A stretch of DNA of 63,784 nucleotides, counting the filler, from Intoshia linei (taxonomy: Eukaryota; Animalia; Orthonectida): NCBI GenBank assembly GCA_001642005.1. It is 5 parts of 5 records of this genome, joined end to end, with 100 filler letters (N's around TTAATTAATTAA, not from the genome) between each part and the next. Parts side by side here need not be neighbours in the genome. Positions count along the whole stretch, not along the records: positions 24,057 to 52,908 come from LWCA01000401.1; 4 more parts are not named here. One strand, 5' to 3'. The notes beneath the pieces are model-generated. The model was given only the letters and a program-made list of their open reading frames with translations, was not told the origin of the DNA and did not search any database. The position numbers and the translations under genes are program-made. Of this stretch, positions 25,069-38,000 are shown piece by piece (position 1 is the stretch's first letter; the number at the start of each line of letters is the position of its first letter).

Positions 25069-28000
25069 ATGTTGTTTCAAGACGAAAGATTAAATCCAGG
25101 AGTAGAATTAATCAGTACAACGCACCATGATTATAGACGGATACCTTTGGATGTGTGTAATAAGGAAAAATTTTCTAATAGTAAGAAAATTGGATCTAAT
25201 GCTTTTTTCCCAATTGAAAATGGTAACATTTGCAGTGAGGCACTTTCTTCATTTCAAAAAAAAATTGGTTGTAAATCAAAACAGAACGTCATCTCAAATC
25301 ATTCAAATGTATCTTTTCCTATTGTGAACAAAAAAAATTACAAGGTTTCATTTTAATATTTTTAAGACTCATAATTTCATTACACGGTGCAACAATGAAA
25401 AATTTAACATTTTAAAATATATATCATTATAATCCTCTCAGTTCAGAGAGCAGGTGGTGTTTTTCAGATTTTTTTTCGAGATCGTTTTCAAAAGTTATTC
25501 CACTTTTAAAATTTTAGATAGTTGCATGCCTACTTTAATTAACATAAATGAACTTATATTACGTTAATAATTTTAAATTATATATAATTTTCAGATTTTT
25601 TACGGTGGATCTGAAAATAAAACATTAATATGTATTTATATTAATTGGTTAATAAAATATAACATATTCCATGTTTTGTTTGTCATTTGAATGTTTATCC
25701 GTCATTATTTTAATTTTTTTTAGTTTATTTCTTAACTTTAATATTTTAAAATAAAAATTTATCAATGGCGGCTTATCTGAACCAACCGACCAGTTAATGT
25801 AAAAGGTAGCTCATGAATAGAATTTTTAATATTTTTAAAATTTGTGAGTTATCTCAAAAAACCAATTTAAATGGTCATTTTAATGTATTAGTTATCTATT
25901 ATTATTATTAGTATTTTAATTATTTTTGATCATCAAAAAATTGAATTATAGAATCGAATCCCAACACAGACTAACCCATAAATTAACTGAAATTTTAGAT
26001 ATTTATGTTGCGGTTCATATTAATTTACAGTTACATAGAACCGTTTTTTAGTCAAAATATACACTTTTCCGTATATATAATGTGCGTTTAACAATCTGTA
26101 AAAATGTAATATTATATATCATTCTAATCCTTGTAGTGAGTAGATCAATAACAAATTAAAATTATTCCGTTATCTGGAAAAATTTTACGTTTTTTGCACC
26201 GTGTTATTTAATTTAAACTGCATTATCATTAGTTATTGATCTTTACTAATCTTTATGGTATGCTAGAAATAATGTCAATATGTAAAAAAATTTCATAAAG
26301 CATAAATTGTATTTAATTGAATTTATTGTTTTTTAACTATACAATTAGAAATTATAATACGTATTTACTTATAATATCTATAATAGGCGTAAAAGTACTT
26401 TTTAATAGTTGAAGATATTAAAAAAGTAAAAATTTTTATCAATTGTCATTTTTAATATTAATTGGTTGATATTCATTAAGTTATATTTATACATATGTAT
26501 ATTATGTTATATGTTTAAACTAAAATTAATATTTTTATAATAAAATTACAAGTCTAATAATACAATTAATAATATTTACTAAAAATACATTACATTACTA
26601 GTGATGTAATTTAAAAATATTATTCAATTTTATTTTAATTATTTATTACCTTTTCAGGAATTATATGAATCTGAACATAAAAAAAGTTTTAAATATAAAC
26701 AAATTCAAGATTCTATTGTGAAAATTAAAGAAAAATATAAAAATAATGTAATGAATATTTCTGATGAAAATTACATTTCAAAATCAGTTTACAATGATAC
26801 TTTCAGTGAAAAACCAAAAATAGGTACTTATAATAAATGATAATTACATGTATAATATCCAGAAATCCAATAATAATGTATAATAAGTCATTTATTATAT
26901 ATTAATTATTGATAATATATGATGTATTACATATTATGTATCATGTATATTATTAAAAAAAAATAGTTTAATATTACATAAATATATAAATTATATCACA
27001 TTAGAAAAAACGTTACAAACTGCAACTCCTACAAAATCAAATATCAATTTGTGCATTGATAGAAACCAAGAAAATTACAAGTCTGTCATGAAGGAATCAT
27101 TCCAAACGAATGAAATTCAATCCAAGAATGATTATATACAAAATAAAAAAAGGGTTTTATATTTTTAGATATTATAAATATTAACCTCGTTTGTTAATTA
27201 TATTGGTAGAATTTATTTTTAACGACACCCAAAAAAAATAAATAAATTGAATGTGCTTTTTTGATGATGACCTTAATTTCGAAGATTGAAACTTTTTCGT
27301 ATATAAGCTAGAAAAAGTATTATATATTATTTAATATTTTTAAATTATAGATTATTAGATTTTTTATTTTTTATTTTTTTTATATAATGGGAAATTTATC
27401 GTTTTATTCAAATTTTAATCTGATATCCAAATTTCAGATAATGAAATTGATGATTTCTTTAGCTTGAAAAATTTTATTATAAGTTGTTTTTTTTTCAAAT
27501 TTTTGGGACTCTATCTTCTAAATAAATGGTTCCACACATCAACAGACAGAAATGTACATATTTTTAACAAGTTTTACTTTATATTGATTAAGGTAATATT
27601 TAATTTAGTTGTTGGTAAATGTAAGTAATTTACATTATTTTCCTTCTTTCATGTACAGCGTGAATTCCAAGTCTTACTGCATATATTATATTAATTGGAA
27701 TTAAAATCCATTCATAATTCTTATTAATTTACATAATGTTAATATGTAGCATAAAATGTGCAACATAGGCGATCATTTAAATCATTTTAAAAAAGTGTCT
27801 ACAACGGAAAGCCAAGATACGTATATAAATAAAATTTGCGACACTAAAAAAATAATAAAAAAACCGACCTATCTTGATAATATTACAATTCATCATAGGA
27901 ACAACATTAATGTCCCAAATGTGTCAGAAACACATCAAAACTACACTATTCCGGAAATACGTAATTATTTAAATTTTAAATCATAGTTTTGGTCGAAATA

Positions 28001-30397
28001 ATAATTATAAATTTATTATATAATAGACAAAATAAAACCTTGTCTACCCTTAAAGTCAAAATTACAATTGGGTTACAATAACAAATATGGACGTAATATT
28101 TCAATTGCAAAGACTGATTTTAAAAAGATTGTAATTATAGATAATTATGATAAAAATAATTTATTCATAACGTAAACTAATACATTGTATATTAGGATCT
28201 ACCAAATAACAAAAAAAATATTCTCAACATTAAAAATAAACTGATGAATGATAATGTATATTTTGGTCCTAAAGAATCTGGATTTACAACTACTATTAAT
28301 ACTTGTTATAGATATCATCCAACAAAAGATTTGATTTCAACTAAAAAGCCAAATTATAAAAATGCAAACATTTATAATATGTATGGTATGAATATATTTT
28401 ATTCAAAAAAATAATTGAACACAATTAATTACAGTAAATTGTGTCTATAAGAACACTATCTATAAAAACAGTCTTCAATATTTCCATAGTTTAGTAAATT
28501 TTCTACACTAACGTACTAACATTGTCATTATGCATTAAACATGATAACCTGTTTGGTATTTACTGGAAATGTTTACTATTATATAAGATTTTGCAAAGAA
28601 GGTGCAAATTTAAGATACAAAGTTGTTCTTTCTGTATAAAAACAAAAAACCTGCTGTAACTAACCACAGCGAAATGACGTATAACTTATTTTCGATTTTT
28701 CGCTCGACACATATACATTTTATAGGCAAACCGGTTGATGAACACTGATGTAAATTAATAACTTAATACCAGTCTGAAATAAAAATTGCCTTATTAAATT
28801 AAATTAAATTAAAATTACTTAAATTGATAACTGTTTATGTATTGTTTATAATTTAGATAAATTCTTTGGAGAAACGATATACAAAAATGACTATGTTAAA
28901 AAGGACGTATCATCCAGAATTCTTGAAAAAAACGTAAAATATTTGCTATTAAGAATACACATGATAGCAGCATTATAATTATAATACTACTAGGTTGACT
29001 GTTATGTACTACGTACAAAAATAACCTACGAGGGCACATTTTTATTTTACCAAAACAATAAATTCACGCTGAAAATCTAACTTAAAAATCCAATGAAAGC
29101 AATGAAAAAAATTCCGAAGGAATGAATTATATAGATTTTCACCCATATGTCTTTATTGAAAATGTGTAGAGGTTCAATACACACTTTTTTGAAATTGTTA
29201 GAATAAATATTTACATTTTCAATTTAATATTTTAATCGAAAAATTTGAAAAATATTGGTTGATAATATATTAAAAATTATTTTTCACCGAGAATGCGCAG
29301 ATTTCTGGCATTAAAATATTGTCAATTTATCAACTGGAATAAGCTCTATCAGAATAATTTTTTTTTTAATTTTCGTACCATTAATTATGTCACATTTTTT
29401 GTTTTGATAAAATATTTTGGAAAAAAAATATATGAATGGTAAAATGTTTTTTTAACCGTGAAGTCGTCACTTATTCTGATTGAAAATTTTTGTGTGTTTT
29501 AACAGGATACAACTGTACCACCTGTAAATTTTTTTAAATTCTAGGGCTGTTTTCACAAAAAAAGGGTATTTTGGGGTTTGGCCCTGAAGATATATTTTTT
29601 TTAAATTTAAATTTATGATAATAATTATGATTTTAAAATCTATATCAGAATATATATTTTTAGAATTCTTCAACTCGTTTTATTTTCAAAAAAAAAGGAA
29701 AAAAAAAAAAAGGTTTTTTGACCCGTAAGATGTGAGTTTGGGAGGTTGAAATTTATTTTGCTATCACCCAGGAAAAAACTCTAATTTAAATTTGGAATTT
29801 ATAAAATTTTAATACAGGTAGTTATTGAAATAAACGGTAACACACATATACAAATATTGCATAGCATATTATATGAGTAAGGATTATACATTTTTTATAG
29901 TAAAAAAAATAAAAATACTCACATAATGTGTCTTAGATAATTTACAATATAATATTAATAAATTTTATTATAGTTATATTATTAAGAGGTCGTGATAAAA
30001 AAACTGTTTATTAATTAGATGAATTTGAAGATAAAAAAGTTTATGGGACTATTTTTCTTTTCTACGTGACCTGGAGCTAAGCAGGTTCGGCTTTTGTTTA
30101 AGAGTATCATTTTTTTACATTTTTACATTTTAATAATATTTTCGGATTATTTGATTTATGAATTTATAATATAAATTAGATAAATACAATGTATTTTATT
30201 TTTTATTTTTCCCTTTTTAGAATTATGTATCAAATGTGAAATTTCCTTTAATAAAAGGATATTTTCCAATCAGTGAACAAAAATATTCTTACAGAAGGAT
30301 GGACCATGATTGTGAAAAATTAAATGAAAGAATCAAAGAAACGAAACATAACTTCCAAGCATCTTATGTACCAATTGGTTTTAACTGTACAATGTAA
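25069..30397 (+). CDS. SAXO5/TEX45-like Mn-motif repeat ciliary microtubule inner protein, ~449 aa. Exons 25069-25344, 26658-26823, 27005-27153, 27750-27960, 28027-28130, 28196-28385, 28857-28933, 30221-30397
   Basis: Eight phase-compatible exons (1,350 nt). About 11 spaced [ST]xxxx[DSN][FY] Mn-like repeats: STTHHDY, SEALSSF, SEHKKSF, SVYNDTF, SVMKESF, TESQDTY, SETHQNY, SIAKTDF, TTINTCY, TIYKNDY, SEQKYSY. SNxxFP linkers and a C-terminal QASYVPIG. Confidence 0.7.
25383..26203. mobile_element. Tc1-like MITE in intron 1 of the SAXO-like gene
   Basis: TIRs CACGGTGCAACAA / TTTTTGCACCGTG; left flank TA. Confidence 0.6.
28433..28750. mobile_element. pogo/Tigger-like MITE (same family as 46663-47118)
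   Basis: TA|CAGTAAAtTGTGTCTATAAGAAC start and ~110 bp of similarity to 46939-47030. Right end approximate. Confidence 0.55.
28990..29883 (-). mobile_element. Apparently full-length ~0.9-kb non-autonomous Helitron
   Basis: Minus strand starts TC (TCCTTACTCATATAATATGC) and ends CTAG. Subterminal hairpin (TAGGTT..TGTAC-TAC-GTACA..AACCTA on +). Inserted between A and T with no TSD. Confidence 0.82.
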
Positions 30398-30887
30398 AAC
30401 TAAACACTAAATATTAAATTTTAAATAATGATGAGAGTATATCATTAATAGATTTCAAGGAAATCAATTCATTTATGGATTACATATCAATCGAACCACA
30501 GAATTCTTGATTAAAGGACTGAATTTTTCTGAAGTATAAAAATTCAGTTAACTTTAACTTAAAATGATCAATATCATAATTATACTAAAGCTTTTTCGGT
30601 TCAAATTAAAAGCCTTATATACGTAAAACATTTTATTTTTCTTTTGATTAATGATGATAATAATGTAGAATAAAAATCAAAATATTTTCATTTTTTCAGT
30701 GTTTTATTGTAGTGGTTCTCGGTTCAAATGGTGTCGGGACCCCATTTAAAATATTCATTTTTTTGGAACTCAAGGCAAACATAAAATATATAACATTGAT
30801 GAAAAAATTAAAGATTTTTCATCATAGGATTTAGTTAAATAGTGTTTTTTAAAAACATAATGGAAAAAAAAAATTTTTTATTTAAGG

Positions 30888-31720
30888 TTGGTAAAATTTC
30901 ACTTTTTATGTTGGGTTTTGGATTGGTAAGTTGTTCCTCATGACATTTCGTATAATGGGATTTTTCAAAATAATATTGGAAAACGAGGTAAGTTAACTTT
31001 AGCGTTGGTAATATTAAATTTTTATTTTAAGTTGGTATAAGAGGGTTTCTCGTAAGATTTGTTATAATCTTTTATTTTTCAAAAAAATATTGGAAAAGGG
31101 TATTTTTTCTTGAAATCTTGGTAAATTTAGATTTTTTATTTTGTGGATTGATTATTACGTGGATTTTTATCATAAAATTCCGTCAAATCGGATTTTCAAT
31201 AAAATATCGGTAAAATATACAATATGTAATAAAATAAATATAATATATTAAAAAAAATGTAGAGGTGGTGATAATTTTTAAATATGTTTGGAGGGTTAGA
31301 TTTTATCACACACTTTTCGAGTGTAACCATCTTCTATTTAAAATTGAATTGCTTTGTGTGTTACCCATTATAATAATTTTTAACAAAATAACACTCTTAT
31401 AATTTAAATAAACCGAGTTTCTAATACTGTTTTTCGCTTTTAAGGGGTTTCCTTTTAATTTAATCTTGATCTTGATGATAGCGTTTCAGTTCGTAATAAC
31501 TCATAATATTTTTCAAAATAATATTGGAAAAAGAGGATAATTCCATCAAGCGTTAGTAATTTGTGGTTAGAATAAGAGGTTTTTAAAAAAGTATTGGAAA
31601 AAAAATATTTTTCCATTAAGGACTGGAAAATTAGATTTTTTATTTGTGGTTTGATGAAGTGGATTTTGATCATAAGATTTCGTAAAATCGGATTTTTGAA
31701 AAGAATATCGGTGTAAGTTG
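30888..31720. repeat. Degenerate ~110-115-bp tandem repeat (3 + ~2.5 units), interrupted by a Helitron 5' fragment near 31330-31440
   Basis: Recurrent TTGGTAA..ttttatt..GG...CATAAGATTT..GGATTTT..AATATTGGAAAA blocks. Confidence 0.55.
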
Positions 31721-32261
31721 ATTTTTCCATGAGGGCTTGACATGGTATTTTTGAAATGTTAAATTTTAAATATTATAATATAAATATATTTTCATAGTAA
31801 TAACAAACATAAATCAAATTCAGGTATGTCTCAATTTTTTGCGGGAAATCCCGGGAAATTATTAAATATTCCGGGAATTTTATCCCAGTTTTTTTCCCGG
31901 CACAATCATAAGTATCAATTCCAATTTTACACGTTTTTGGTATTGAAAATAATATATATAGTGAATTGATTTGCATGGATTCTTTTAACATTGGTACAAT
32001 TGAAAATATCAATTTCTTATGAATCTTTAATTTGAATAAAAACAATGTAATTATTCTCAACTTGCAATCTTGAGTAAAATAAGTGCAAAAATGATATGAA
32101 TCAAAACTAATCCATTATTCAAGCTCAAATAAGTGTCACAATTAAGTGAATGACAATATATTTAGTATCATTATTTGAAATTTTTCCAATTACTGTAAAA
32201 AAAGTAAAACAAATTCATATTTTTATAAATACTACACAATCAATCCTTTTAAAATTTGCAA

Positions 32262-32561
32262 ATGAACAGAATTTGTTTACATGTAAAGATCGTACAATTT
32301 GATGGAAATTTATTAAAATTTAAAAACACTAAAATCAGAAAAGAAAATAAACAATGTAATGATTTGAAGGTGAAAAAAACAAAAAATAATAGATGTAAAA
32401 ATCTAAAAAACATTTGTAGGCCCACAGTATCGAATAGTATCAAAAATATAATATCACATGCAAATGTAACTCAACGCATTGATTTCATTGGATGGGACAA
32501 CAACATTGAATGGTCAAAAATTGGACGTAATGTGCATTTCAATTGGTTGGTGAAAAATTAA
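32262..32561 (+). CDS. Hypothetical basic 99-aa protein (orphan ORF)
   Basis: ATG-initiated 300-nt ORF in very AT-rich DNA, convergent with the peptide gene. No recognisable domain. Confidence 0.3.
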   Translation: MNRICLHVKIVQFDGNLLKFKNTKIRKENKQCNDLKVKKTKNNRCKNLKNICRPTVSNSIKNIISHANVTQRIDFIGWDNNIEWSKIGRNVHFNWLVKN

Positions 32562-32625
32562 ATTTTAATGCATTATGATATAAATTATATTATTAAAATA
32601 ATTTATTTTATCAAATTGTTATATG

Positions 32626-32929
32626 TTAAAAGCGTAGTAGTTTCGCTAGTTCTTTAATACCCTCATGGATATTATTGAAAATTTGATTGACAAATGATAC
32701 TTTTAGTTTATTATTTCTATAATTAATATATTCCCGTAAATTTTGATAATTGTTAGCTTCATAGTATCTATCCATTTCAGAGTTGACCTTTTTTTCCTTA
32801 ACTTGTTCTCGAGTCAAAATAACACCGTTTATAACTATTTGTAGCGAAAATATTACAAGTAATCTAAATTATCATTAGTTTTATTTAATAAAAATCAATG
32901 TGTATTTACGCTGTTATAACTAGATTCAT
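32626..32929 (-). CDS. Secreted 85-aa peptide precursor candidate (NPY/NPF-like core). Exons 32929-32910 and 32863-32626
   Basis: A 46-nt GT-AG intron joins MNLVITA to LLVIFSLQIVING (signal-peptide-like), followed by ..KEKK-VNSEMDRYYEANNYQNLREYINYRNNKLK..LLRF*. Confidence 0.55.
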
Positions 32930-35002
32930 GTTCAAGCAGTATTTGAAAGAAGTATTTAAATTTTTCAAATCGAATGAAACAAAATATTTATTTATTTGTT
33001 TAAGATATTTGCATACGTATTTTTATGGTATTTACTTGAAATCATATGTATACAATACAATAAACTCCAACGCTCTTTAATTTATTAGGCAAGTTATTTT
33101 GAGTTACAAAGATTTATTAATAATCTTCATTTAAACCAGGGGTTTCCACATTTTCTTTACGGCGAACCGGTAATAAATTAGAAAATTTATCGCTTACCAC
33201 TAAATCAATATTACTAGGCACCTTGAAAAAATTTTTATTAAAAACGTAACATATTGACTTCTAATTAGTAATTAATTTATTTGCTCTACAGACCTAAGAC
33301 AAAACTCCGTAATGGTTAAATTTCCGGGATTTTCATCCCTTATTATGATACTGAGTCGAAAGGCTACTTTTGATTTGTGATTTAATTGCACTCCATCCAT
33401 ATTCAATTGGATTAATTGGTGCACTATACGGGGTCAATCTGATAATCTGTAGTTCGAAAATTAATAAATAATTTTAATCGTTATCAATACCGAGCTAACT
33501 ATCATTTCTTATCAAAGTATACTTTATTTACATTTAAATTAATGAAAATATATTTACTTTTTTGAAATTAACTTTACTTTTTTTGAAATTAACATTAATT
33601 TTTTCTATATAATTCATTCCTTCGGAATTTTTTTCACTGCTACGCAATTTTTAAATTTCAAATTATTATTTTCAAAACATTTCGTATAAAATTTAAATTA
33701 AAAGAACAACAACGATTACTAAAAGTAATACAACTTTGTTATTATCATTTCTATATTTATTACAATCCATTGCAATATTGGTAAAATTCGCCTGAAATAT
33801 GTTTATAAATTGAAGATTCCGTTAATTATTGATACATAATTGGTATTTTTAATTATTCATTAAATTGGTACTGATTTAGTATCTACTGACATATACACAC
33901 TGTACCAATTTGTTATGCAGATATTAAAAAATAGTAAAAACATAATAAAAAGTAAAGTAAATTTTTATATTTTTTTGGAGAATGTATTTGAACAGTCTGC
34001 GCAGGTAGTAAAAATGAAAAAAATAATAATATAAACAATTAAATTAAAATAATTAACTATAATCTAAACAATAGAAATACTAAGTGTACCAAAATATTAT
34101 GCAAATATAATGAATATTGATAAATGCAACGGAACATATCATTAAAATGTAGGTCTAATGTTTAATATGGTTCCCATAAAGTTGTAAGATTTTAATAAGC
34201 CTACCATCCACTGAATTGGTCAACTTTTTGGTTCGTTCTGAAATATATTATTGTTCAATTAATTTAATAGATAACAGAATTTTATCATTACCTTCAAATT
34301 TTGGAGCACCCCCGCTTTTTGGGGAACTTTTCAAAAAAGGTGCCCCAAAACAGGGTTATACTGTATCGTGAAAATATACGATTCAAACTAAAAAACAACG
34401 TAAAAAGAAACATGGTAGCATATAATTTATGACAGAGAATGCTCATAATTAAAGCATAATGGAGTTTAAATGCAGTGACAAACATAATACCGTAATCAAA
34501 ATAAATTTCATTAATACACACATAAAATTCAAAACCTAGATATCAGATACATAATGTGTCCCACAAAAATAAGTTGAATTCATGGATTAATGTTAATTTA
34601 TCATTTCACTGTTTAATGCGATGTATTTGTACAATTTTTCTTATTACATTATATTATTAATAGAATTTTTATATAGTTTCTCGGTCATCTTCGGTAAATA
34701 AAATCGACATTTTTGGTTCAATCCTCATACCATTCGTAACATACAGTATATGTCAAATTATAGGAAGTGTAATAATTCAATAATACACATGTGTATACTG
34801 TGTATATGATACATACACATGTATTAGATGTAAACTTTTACATAAGTGTAATTTTATGTATTTCAGATATATAGATACATGTATGTATTTGGGTGTGTGC
34901 GCAGATTAAGATTTAAATGAGACAATGCATAAATACAATAAAACTAGCAAAAAATGACGTATTAAAAAATCAATTTTATTCATTAATTTAAACAATTTTC
35001 AA

Positions 35003-38000
35003 ATGTCGGAATATGTTGTAGGAATTGATGCAGGTACTTCAAGCACTCGAGTTTGTGTAATTTTCATTGAATTAATATAGTAGTTATTTTATGTGTTATC
35101 TAAACATTTTCAAATTACTCTAATGTAAATTCACGACAGATCAGTCCAATGTTATACAGAATAATATCCTAAGCCAGTGTTTTCTAACGATGTGGCATAC
35201 TAATGTGGCCCACAAGTGGGACCTGGTAAATATCACGAATGTATTGATATTATGAAAAGTTTACATTAATTTAATCCTTAAATTAAATGAACATTAAATT
35301 AGTGTTAATTTTGTACAATACTACATTAATGTAGCTTAATTCTATGTATTTGCTATAAACTTTAGCTAACTGCCGAAGGCCGAAATTTTAATTTTAAGAC
35401 GGATTTTTCAATTTATTTTAAATTTTTGAAGTTGCGATTTATGATAATACTAGTGATTTTAAAAACTATCCAGAATGTATATTAGGTTGTTCCATAAGTA
35501 ATGTTGTAAAGACGCCAGTTTTTACGCTAATAGAATAAATCTATCTTCCAAACGTTGAACAAGCGTTGTGTCAAATGTGAATATTTTGTTAATTTATATT
35601 AGTTTTTAATGTACCCAATTAAAACTTTAAATTTGTTAAAAAAACGACATTACTTATGGAATGCATAATATTTTATAATATTCTGTGACTTTTTTAATTT
35701 TTTAAAAGAGCCATTCTCTTGCAAATAAAATATGAATATTTAAATTTAAGAGACCTAAAAAAAATGATATCCAAGACTCATACTCATAGATAATAATGAG
35801 ATAGGAATATAGTTAACAGATATTTCCGAAATTCAAAAAAATCTATTCTTTTAATTAAACTATAAATTCGGTTCAAAATACGTATAAAATGTTAGGGCGT
35901 TACGAAATGAATATATTATTTACTTATACATTTATGGTATTAAAAAATTTAAAATTATAATTACAAAACGGTGATACACCACTATGTTATGATAAATTAA
36001 CACTTTAATTAACATTAATATAAGTATACTTATATAATTCTAATTAACACACATAATTATACATTATAATAATTAATTAATGTTTTTAAATTCTAACTAC
36101 ATTATTTTTACTCACATCCGATAGAGTTTAATTTTGCCAACATTACTATTCACTTTTATTATTTGTTTAGTAGTCAACATTGGCTTAGTTATAATGTAAT
36201 GCTTTTGAGAATGTATTTTAAAATATAATATATTTTATTTTTTTATCTCATAATTTCTTAATAAAGTCTTAACATTAAATTTTCAATAATAGTTTTGTAA
36301 TATCATGAAAATATACGAATCAAACTAACAAAGTAAAAATAAATATTGTAGCATATAATTTAAATTTAAATTTATTTTAATTTATGACAGAGAATGGCTG
36401 AAAAAACACCTAATTTGTAATTTTTTCTTAATGGTATAAGTTTCTGATATTGAGATATTCGAAAATAGTGAAGATTTGAAAACGCGTCCTGGAATTAATG
36501 TTTTTTAAAATTTTAGATTTGATTGTATTAATTTTAAAAAAAAAGGAATCTGACTTTTTGATCTTGAAGGACCCAATTTCTGAAAATGAAACTTGCATAA
36601 AAGTGACTCTCGAAAAACTGTATTAGAAATCGGGTTTTAAAATTCTATGACTTAATTTTTTAATTAAATTAAATTAAATTAATAAAAAATTTTTGAAGAT
36701 GACTATTTTACATTTTGGGGTGCCTTCAAGTTTGGTAGGTTGGGTGTCATAAAACAAAAATAATATTAATTTTTTTATAAATTAATACTTATTTAGTTAT
36801 TTGAATGTACAACTGGTAAATTAGTTTCACACTATGCTGTACCAACTACAGTGATATATAAGGATGATGGGTAAATAAAAAATAATAATAAAATTATAAA
36901 TACAAATACAAATAGATTTTCTGAGATGGATGCTGACAAATTATGGAATGATTTATTGAAATGCATCGATGTTGTGGTAGGAAATTTTTTGTCCCAGTCA
37001 AAGGACAATTCTGTTGATCAAATCAAATGTATCGCTTTTAAAATATAAATACAATGTATATTGTAAATTAGGTATAGGTATTACTGATCAAGTTTGCTCA
37101 ACTATTTGTTGGAATAAATTAACTGGAAAAAGCTATTGCAACATCCCACGTAATATACACGTAATGTAAATCAGGTTCGGTAATGTTTCCGAGAAATTGG
37201 ATTAATTTTTGAAGTGAAAACGTCTGTTGGGTGTTTACATTAGATTTTGTATATTAAAATATAAATTTGCAATTTAATGGAAAATTTTTATTACACAATA
37301 CTAAACCAGGGATCGGCAACCTTTTTCATTTCGTGGGCCACTTTGTTATATCAAAAAATTCCACGGGCCCCGTTTTTGAAAATGTACCCTTGATACATTT
37401 CAATTTTAATTAAAGAGAAACGGTTTTAGTATATTTAACAAAATAAAATCCAAGGCGATTTGAAATTTTTATATTAAAATTATTATAATGAGCAAATCTT
37501 AGTAGAAAATTTTTAAAACAGTGTTTAAAAGTAGAAAAATTTTTCTGGTTGCAGACCCCTGTACTAAATCCATTCATTAAAGTTTTATTTAAATCAGAGA
37601 TTCTGAAATTTTCTTGTATTTTTTGGAATGACCCATAATTAATTTTAGTTTTAATCGACCCTTCAAAATTAACATTTGTCCAAATTCTCTAATACTTATA
37701 TATATTTAAATATATAACATTAAAATATATATTGGTAAAGTGCGATCCCTAACTCATTGACTTTGAATGATTAATTTTTATATATTATTCTGTCAATTTT
37801 AAATACATTTAATATTCGATATAATTTTGAAAATTATTTTTTGCTTTTGCACGTCTTGGTTTTTCTTTTTTAAGTTTTCACGTAATACATATTTTTAATT
37901 AAGTATTAATTGGTTCCAAGTAAAATGATTGCTTACTCATTATTATTTTCCACAAATTTACACATTTTTAAAAAAAATTAATAAATTGATGCTGTTCGGA

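Noticed and set aside
34670-34740. GGTTCAATCC B-box-like motif suggesting a tRNA or SINE
   Set aside because: No cloverleaf or A-box could be built.
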